Positions 26,933-32,000 of a stretch of DNA of 32,000 nt are shown piece by piece. The stretch covers positions 780,001 to 812,000 of the forward strand of contig OY781871.1 of the NCBI GenBank assembly GCA_963677105.1, read 5' to 3'. The position numbers and the translations under genes were made by a program. Source of the stretch: Candidatus Saccharimonadota bacterium (lineage in GTDB: Bacteria; Patescibacteriota; Gracilibacteria; UBA4473). The notes under the pieces were generated by a model. That model saw only the letters and a program-made list of their open reading frames with translations. It was not told where the DNA came from and searched no databases. How positions within the stretch are numbered: position 1 is the first letter of the stretch; each line of letters starts with the position of its first letter.

Positions 26933-27211
26933 ATGGCTTACTCAAAAGGTGATCTCGTAACAGACATGTCAGCTGCAGCAGGAATTACTAAAAAAGCAGG
27001 AGCAGACGCTCTAGAAGCTTTGCTTAGTACAATTACTGGAGAACTTAAAAAAGGAGGATCAGTTACATTGACTGGATTCGGAACTTTCAAAGTTTCAGCA
27101 CGTGCAGCACGAACTGGTGTTAACCCACAAACTGGTGCAGCAATCAAAATTCCAGCACGAAATGTTCCTACATTCAAAGCTGGTAAAGGTCTTCGAGAAG
27201 CAGTTCGATAA
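26933..27211 (+). CDS. hup: DNA-binding protein HU
   Basis: 92 aa. GFGTFKVSARAARTGVNPQTGAAIKIPARNVPTFKAGKGL is the classic HU/IHF arm. GC content is locally higher than in the neighbouring genes. Confidence 0.95.
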   Translation: MAYSKGDLVTDMSAAAGITKKAGADALEALLSTITGELKKGGSVTLTGFGTFKVSARAARTGVNPQTGAAIKIPARNVPTFKAGKGLREAVR

Positions 27212-27236
27212 AATTGCTATTTATCTTAAAAAAAGG

Positions 27237-27266
27237 AAAACTCGTCCATAAGGACGAGTTTTTTTT
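27237..27266. terminator. bidirectional rho-independent terminator between hup and the convergent 27284 gene
   Basis: AAAACTCGTCC (27237-27247) pairs with GGACGAGTTTT (27252-27262) around an ATAA loop. T8 follows on the plus strand and a T-rich run follows on the minus strand. Confidence 0.8.
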
Positions 27267-27283
27267 AGGATCAAAATGAGTTC

Positions 27284-28369
27284 TTAAGCAGCTTTTTTGT
27301 GCTCAGATCGTTGTTGATTGTGTTGAGAACGATGTTGTATTTTTTCCCCATTATTTCCGTTTAATCCACCAAAATTTTGTGTTAAATCTTGTAGTTCTTT
27401 TAATATGTTTGTATAAGCACTTCCTTTTTCTCGTAAGAGAACCTTTTCTTCTTGAATTTTTTTCTCAAGTTTTCCAATTTCTTCTTGGAATGATTTTATG
27501 TTTTTCTTATGAAATTCTACAAAAGCTACAATATCGCGTTTCACTTGTTTTACAGCTTCCATTGGATCTTTGTCATCGCTTGACGCAACTTTTTGAGGCT
27601 CAGCAATTTGAGATTGTTTTTCCTTTTGAGAATCTTCCATAACAGGTTTTGATATTGGTGCAGAAAAAGGATTTTCAGAAGTCGCAGGTTTTTTCTCTTC
27701 TTTCTTTTCTTCTGGTTTAGAAGTAAACGGTTTCACAATTGGGATTTTTTTTGCAAGATCTTCTTCTTTTGGTTCTTCTGTTACTGGTGTATTAGAAGGA
27801 AGAGATGGAATTATAGGTTTTGATGAAACCTCGTTTGTTCGGGGTTCTTCTTTCTTTTCTTCGAGCGTAGGTGTTGTTGGTCCAGCAAATGGATTTGCTG
27901 GGGCTTTTACCTCAGGTTTCTCATCAGAATTTTCTTTTTGAACTGGTTCAATGATTGGATTAACTGGGGCAGCAATTTCTGGTGTTTTTGTTTCTTCTGG
28001 TTTTGGTAATTCAGTTTCAATTTTTTCAACGGGAGTTTCTGCTGGAGCTGGCGCAGAAAAGGGATTCGCTGGAGCTTCAATATTTTTTTCTTCAACGGTA
28101 GTAGGTGTCGAGGGAACAATTGGTTCAGGAGTAGGAACTTCTACAGTTGGAGTTTCACTTTTATTTTCAGAAACTACTTCTGGAGCAGGTTTTACTTCTT
28201 CTTTCATCGGTGCAGTTACCGGTGGAACTACGGGAGTTTTTGGTGTTTCGACTGGAGCAGAAACAGAATTTTCATTTGTAGTTGAGTTATCCTGCGTTAT
28301 TACTGGATCAGTTGCTGAACCATTTCCTTGAGCATTATTTGCACCGAGACCGAAATTAAAATTAACCAT
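27284..28369 (-). CDS. Pro/Glu/Thr/Lys-rich low-complexity protein with repeated NPF motifs and a C-terminal coiled coil
   Basis: Start trimmed to ATG 28369 (MVNFNFGLG...). Recurring APANPFSAP, APANPFAGP and SENPFSAPISKP motifs. C-terminal helix VKRDIVAFVEFHKKNIKSFQEEIGKLEKKIQEEK. Confidence 0.65.
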   Translation of the reverse strand: MVNFNFGLGANNAQGNGSATDPVITQDNSTTNENSVSAPVETPKTPVVPPVTAPMKEEVKPAPEVVSENKSETPTVEVPTPEPIVPSTPTTVEEKNIEAPANPFSAPAPAETPVEKIETELPKPEETKTPEIAAPVNPIIEPVQKENSDEKPEVKAPANPFAGPTTPTLEEKKEEPRTNEVSSKPIIPSLPSNTPVTEEPKEEDLAKKIPIVKPFTSKPEEKKEEKKPATSENPFSAPISKPVMEDSQKEKQSQIAEPQKVASSDDKDPMEAVKQVKRDIVAFVEFHKKNIKSFQEEIGKLEKKIQEEKVLLREKGSAYTNILKELQDLTQNFGGLNGNNGEKIQHRSQHNQQRSEHKKAA

Positions 28370-28410
28370 TTTTATGTGTTTTTTTGTGTCAATAAAACTC
28401 GAGAGAAAAC

Positions 28411-28439
28411 TTGACTTTTTATGACTATTTCGCAATATT
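28411..28439 (+). promoter_or_regulatory. candidate pheS promoter
   Basis: TTGACT (28411-28416), 17-nt spacer, AATATT (28434-28439), about 40 nt upstream of the ATG at 28481. Confidence 0.3.
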
Positions 28440-28480
28440 CTACCGGAAAATCCATCTTCAATCAAGTCTTTTTATTGCGA

Positions 28481-29533
28481 ATGACAAAAACAAACATTAT
28501 ATCTCGGGTCATTGCGATTTCTGATCAGGCGCGAGAAAAATTCTCTCAGGTGCAAACAATCGATCAACTTGCAGATTTTGAGGCACAATTTCTTTCCAAA
28601 AAATCGGAGATTGGACAGATTTCAAAAAACATGAAGGAATGTTCTCCAGAGGAAAAAAGAGAAATAGGTCAGGCTCTTGCATCATTTCGTTCAGAGTTTG
28701 TCGATTCTTTTGCCCTAAAAAAACAAGAATTAGAAACACAAGAGTTAAATATCCGACTTAAACAAGAATCAATTGATGTGACACAACAATTTCCACTAGA
28801 ACATGGATCAATTCATCCGATTAGTCATGTGCAAAGACATGTAGAGCAGATTTTCACAAGTATGGGATTTGAAATTGCTGATGGACCAGAAATTGAGTCG
28901 GAATGGCACAATTTTGACGCGCTAAACATTCCTGCAGCACATCCAGCAAGAGATATGCAGGATACGTTTTGGGTTTCCAAAAATTCTTCAGATTCTCATG
29001 AAAATTTTGTGTTACGGACACAAACATCAAATGTTCAGATTCGTAAAATGCGTGAACACGGTGTGCCGATTCGGCTTATTGCTCCGGGACGTGTATTCCG
29101 AAATGAAGATGTCGATGCGACACATGATGCAGTTTTCTATCAAGTAGAAGGACTGTTAGTTGATAAAAATATTTCTTTGGCTCATTTAAAAGGGACAATT
29201 GAGACGATGCTTTCGCAGCTTTTTGAGCGTGAAACCATAGTTCGTCTTCGTCCAGGATATTTTCCATTTGTAGAGCCAGGATTTGAAGTAGATTTTAGTT
29301 GTGCGCTTTGTGGCGGTCAGGGATGTAAAACCTGTAAAAATACTGGATGGATTGAATTTATGGGCGCGGGAATGGTTCACCCAAACGTGCTACGCAATTG
29401 CGATATTGATCCAACAGAGTTTAGTGGTTTTGCATTCGGATTCGGTCTTACGCGTTTAGCAATGATGAAATATGGGATTGGTGATATACGATTATTGTCT
29501 TCCCAAAAAATTGAATTTTTATCCCAATTTTAA
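28481..29533 (+). CDS. pheS: phenylalanyl-tRNA synthetase alpha subunit
   Basis: [70 protein letters not shown]. Start trimmed to ATG 28481 (MTKTNIISR...). Confidence 0.93.
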   Translation: MTKTNIISRVIAISDQAREKFSQVQTIDQLADFEAQFLSKKSEIGQISKNMKECSPEEKREIGQALASFRSEFVDSFALKKQELETQELNIRLKQESIDVTQQFPLEHGSIHPISHVQRHVEQIFTSMGFEIADGPEIESEWHNFDALNIPAAHPARDMQDTFWVSKNSSDSHENFVLRTQTSNVQIRKMREHGVPIRLIAPGRVFRNEDVDATHDAVFYQVEGLLVDKNISLAHLKGTIETMLSQLFERETIVRLRPGYFPFVEPGFEVDFSCALCGGQGCKTCKNTGWIEFMGAGMVHPNVLRNCDIDPTEFSGFAFGFGLTRLAMMKYGIGDIRLLSSQKIEFLSQF

Positions 29534-30816
29534 TGACAGATAAAAAAGCTGGTTCAACTGTGAAAGCAGAAAAAGAAAAAAAGGTTTCTAAGCCTGGAAC
29601 ACGAGGTGGAGGAAAAATAATGCCTCAACACCTTCCTCCGAAATTATTAGAACAAATAAAGGAGTTTCCTCAGGAGATCCAAGATTTGATAAAGAAAGGA
29701 CGTGAACAACGATTCGTTACAGAACAAGAATTGTTTCGTGTTATGCCAGAAGTAGAAGAAAATCTAGATCAACTCGATGAAATATACGAATTATTGCTTG
29801 AGCTTGGTATTGAGGTTTTAGAAGTGCGAGAAGAAAAGATTTGGCGAGAAAAACAGAGACAACAAGAACGAGAAGAAAAGCAAGTACAAAAGGCCGTAGA
29901 AGAAGTTCAAGTAGAAGTTACAGGAAAAGATGATGATGAAGATGCTTCAGAAGAAGAAATTGCGATAGAGCCGAAAAAAGGAATGGATTTAACAGAGATT
30001 TCAAACGATTCAGTTCGTATGTATTTGAATGAGATTGGAAGAGTAAATCTTTTGACAGCGCAAGAAGAAGTTGATTTAGCAAAACGTATTGAGAAAGGAG
30101 ATTTATCAGCAAAACAACGTTTGGCAGAGTGTAATCTTCGTTTGGTTGTTTCTATTGCAAAACGATATATAGGACGAGGACTTCCATTTTTGGATCTTAT
30201 GCAAGAGGGAAATCTTGGATTGCTTCGTGCCGTTGAAAAATTTGATTATCGAAAAGGATTTAAATTTTCTACATATGCTACTTGGTGGATTCGTCAGGCA
30301 ATTACACGAGCAATTGCAGATCAAGCACGAACAATTCGTATTCCTGTTCATATGGTAGAAACCATTAATAAATTGCGTTATACGCAACGTCGACTGCAAC
30401 AAGAACTCGGACGAGATCCATTGTCAGAAGAAATTGCAGTAGAAATGAATTTGGATTTGAAAAAAGTGAATTATATTCTCAAGATTTCTCAAGACATTGT
30501 GTCTCTGGAAGCGCCAGTGGGAACAGAAGAAGATTCGAAATTATCGGATTTTATTGAAGATGATAAAATGTTATCTCCATTTGAGGTGACACATCGACAA
30601 CTGATTAAAGAAAATATTGAAGACTTGTTGACCTACTTATCAGCGCGTGAACAGAAAATTATAAAAATGCGTTTTGGATTGGACGATGGAGTTCCTCATA
30701 CGTTGGAAGAAGTTGGAAAAGAGTTTAACGTTACACGAGAACGAATTCGTCAGATTGAAGGAAAAGTACTTGAAAAATTACGTACTCATCCAATGGCGAA
30801 TAAAATTGAGATTTGA
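29533..30816 (+). CDS. rpoD: RNA polymerase primary sigma factor (group 1)
   Basis: Region 1.2 [11 protein letters not shown], region 2 [46 protein letters not shown], region 4 [20 protein letters not shown]. The ATG overlaps the pheS TAA (TAATG). Stop is TGA. Confidence 0.95.
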   Translation: MTDKKAGSTVKAEKEKKVSKPGTRGGGKIMPQHLPPKLLEQIKEFPQEIQDLIKKGREQRFVTEQELFRVMPEVEENLDQLDEIYELLLELGIEVLEVREEKIWREKQRQQEREEKQVQKAVEEVQVEVTGKDDDEDASEEEIAIEPKKGMDLTEISNDSVRMYLNEIGRVNLLTAQEEVDLAKRIEKGDLSAKQRLAECNLRLVVSIAKRYIGRGLPFLDLMQEGNLGLLRAVEKFDYRKGFKFSTYATWWIRQAITRAIADQARTIRIPVHMVETINKLRYTQRRLQQELGRDPLSEEIAVEMNLDLKKVNYILKISQDIVSLEAPVGTEEDSKLSDFIEDDKMLSPFEVTHRQLIKENIEDLLTYLSAREQKIIKMRFGLDDGVPHTLEEVGKEFNVTRERIRQIEGKVLEKLRTHPMANKIEI

Positions 30817-30877
30817 TTTTTATTTCCTGGTCGCTAAACTGCGCCCGGGTTTCCTTACTATTTTACCCACTTGAACC

Positions 30878-31360
30878 ATGGCAAAAGCTGACGACAAGAA
30901 CAAAAAAATACTGCTTACCGCAGCAGGATTACAAAAATTACAAGACGAACTTGAGGAATTAAAAACGACTGGACGACTAGAAGTTGCAGCACGTTTGAAA
31001 ACAGCGATTGAGTTCGGAGATTTATCTGAAAATGCAGAATATGATGAGGCGAAAAATCAACAAGCATTTGTTGAATCGCGTATTTCAGAACTGGAATCTC
31101 AGTTGAAAAATGTTGAAGTGGTTGAAGAATCAAAAACAGGTACAATTCAGATTGGTTCAGATGTTGTATTGAAAATGAAAGGAGAAAAAGAATCTCATAC
31201 ATACACAATTGTAGGTTCTACGGAAGCAGATTCTTTGGTTCACAAAATTTCAAATGAGTCTCCAGTTGGAGCAGCAATTTTGGGAAAGAAAAAAGGCGAA
31301 AAAGTAAAAGTAGCAGCACCTGGAGGAGAATTTGAATATGAAATCATTGAGGTAAAATAA
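30878..31360 (+). CDS. greA: transcription elongation factor GreA
   Basis: LTAAGLQKLQDELEEL...FGDLSENAEYDEAK coiled-coil tip with acidic residues, plus a C-terminal FKBP-like domain (SNESPVGAAILGKKKGEKV). Confidence 0.93.
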   Translation: MAKADDKNKKILLTAAGLQKLQDELEELKTTGRLEVAARLKTAIEFGDLSENAEYDEAKNQQAFVESRISELESQLKNVEVVEESKTGTIQIGSDVVLKMKGEKESHTYTIVGSTEADSLVHKISNESPVGAAILGKKKGEKVKVAAPGGEFEYEIIEVK

Positions 31361-31387
31361 TTGCAAAATAAAGAGCATTTAATAAAT

Positions 31388-31415
31388 GAAGGTGAAAATT
31401 GGAATTCTCACCTTC
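31388..31415 (+). terminator. long hairpin after greA (weak U-tract)
   Basis: GAAGGTGAAAATT pairs with AATTCTCACCTTC (13 bp, one mismatch), followed by GTTGTATTG. Confidence 0.4.
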
Positions 31416-31458
31416 GTTGTATTGATGTAATAAAATTTTTTATGATACACTTTTCATA

Positions 31459-31875
31459 ATGAAAAATTACAGACCTGTTGCGGCGATTTCAGTTGAGAGA
31501 GAAGGGAAGTGCTTGCTGGTGCGAAAGCCAAGAAAAGAAAATGCGTGGCAATTTCCTCAAGGTGGAGTTGACAAAGGAGAAACGTTTTTACAAGCAGCAG
31601 AACGAGAATTGAAAGAAGAATGTGGAGCAAATTTGAAAATAAAAATTTCACCAGAATGTATTACAGAATATAGATATGATTTTCCTGCAGATTTTTTACG
31701 TCATCATGGGGAATTTGCAGGAGCGAATGTAAAATTCTTCCACGCAAAATATATTTCTGGCGAACCAGAAGTTGATACGAAAGAAATTGTGGAAGCTCGT
31801 TGGTGTTTTCCGGAAGAAATACAAAAATTAGTAGAGAAGGAGTATTGGGAAGTTGTGAAAGAGATCGTGAAATAA
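31459..31875 (+). CDS. Nudix hydrolase (RppH-like size)
   Basis: Nudix box GGVDKGETFLQAAERELKEECG (GX5EX7REUXEEXGU). 138 aa. Confidence 0.85.
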   Translation: MKNYRPVAAISVEREGKCLLVRKPRKENAWQFPQGGVDKGETFLQAAERELKEECGANLKIKISPECITEYRYDFPADFLRHHGEFAGANVKFFHAKYISGEPEVDTKEIVEARWCFPEEIQKLVEKEYWEVVKEIVK

Positions 31876-31879
31876 ATTT

Positions 31880-31999
31880 CTATTCCCACGAAAGGAATTT
31901 ATCTTTGTAAACGATTTTCGTATTTCCAATATTTTTAAAAGTATTTCCTCGAGGATTTTCTTTCAACCAACGCAAACAATCATCTATTTCAGAGGCACT
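31880..31999 (-). CDS. 3' end of an unidentified gene entering from beyond the window
   Basis: The minus-strand frame is open from the window edge (…EIDDCLRWLKENPRGNTFKNIGNTKIVYKDKFLSWE) to TAG at 31882-31880. Only 39 codons are visible. Confidence 0.3.
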   Translation of the reverse strand, partial: SASEIDDCLRWLKENPRGNTFKNIGNTKIVYKDKFLSWE

Positions 32000-32000
32000 T

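Noticed and set aside
27951-28331. 126-aa Gly/Ser/Thr/Val-rich ORF on the plus strand
   Set aside because: It is the mirror image of the Pro/Glu/Thr-rich minus-strand gene. The minus-strand reading continues into a well-formed coiled coil, so that reading is preferred.

Overview
AT-rich (roughly 35-40% GC by eye), gene-dense bacterial chromosome segment. It is dominated by highly diverged housekeeping genes: DEAD-box helicase, rpoB, pyk, miaA, serS, ung, an SNF-family transporter, secD/secF, ligA, hup, pheS, rpoD, greA and a Nudix hydrolase, plus two tRNAs. The standard code applies, because TGA terminates rpoD and secD. By inference, the style (compact genes, scrambled core operons, many orphan proteins, almost no Shine-Dalgarno sequences) fits a small-genome uncultivated lineage, possibly CPR/Patescibacteria-like. 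I see no CRISPR array, transposase, integrase, rRNA or recognisable defence genes. The points most worth a second look are listed here. (1) secD contains a complete parvulin PPIase domain nested in its periplasmic loop. (2) A lineage-specific block at 21.5-26.7 kb starts with a consensus promoter placed for leaderless translation and encodes a 35-aa peptide, a 680-aa acidic protein with one glycine-rich amphipathic segment, and a 149-aa coiled-coil protein. Further on in the same block is a signal-less glucosaminidase-domain protein with the same leaderless geometry. (3) A WecG/RNHCP two-gene cassette inside that block is bracketed by ~33-nt imperfect direct repeats. (4) 7-bp-periodic CAAAGT/ACTTTGA arrays recur in several intergenic regions. 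(5) rpoB is not linked to rplJL or rpoC and carries a 70-aa acidic tail. All functional calls rest on motifs read by eye from the translations. No searches were run.
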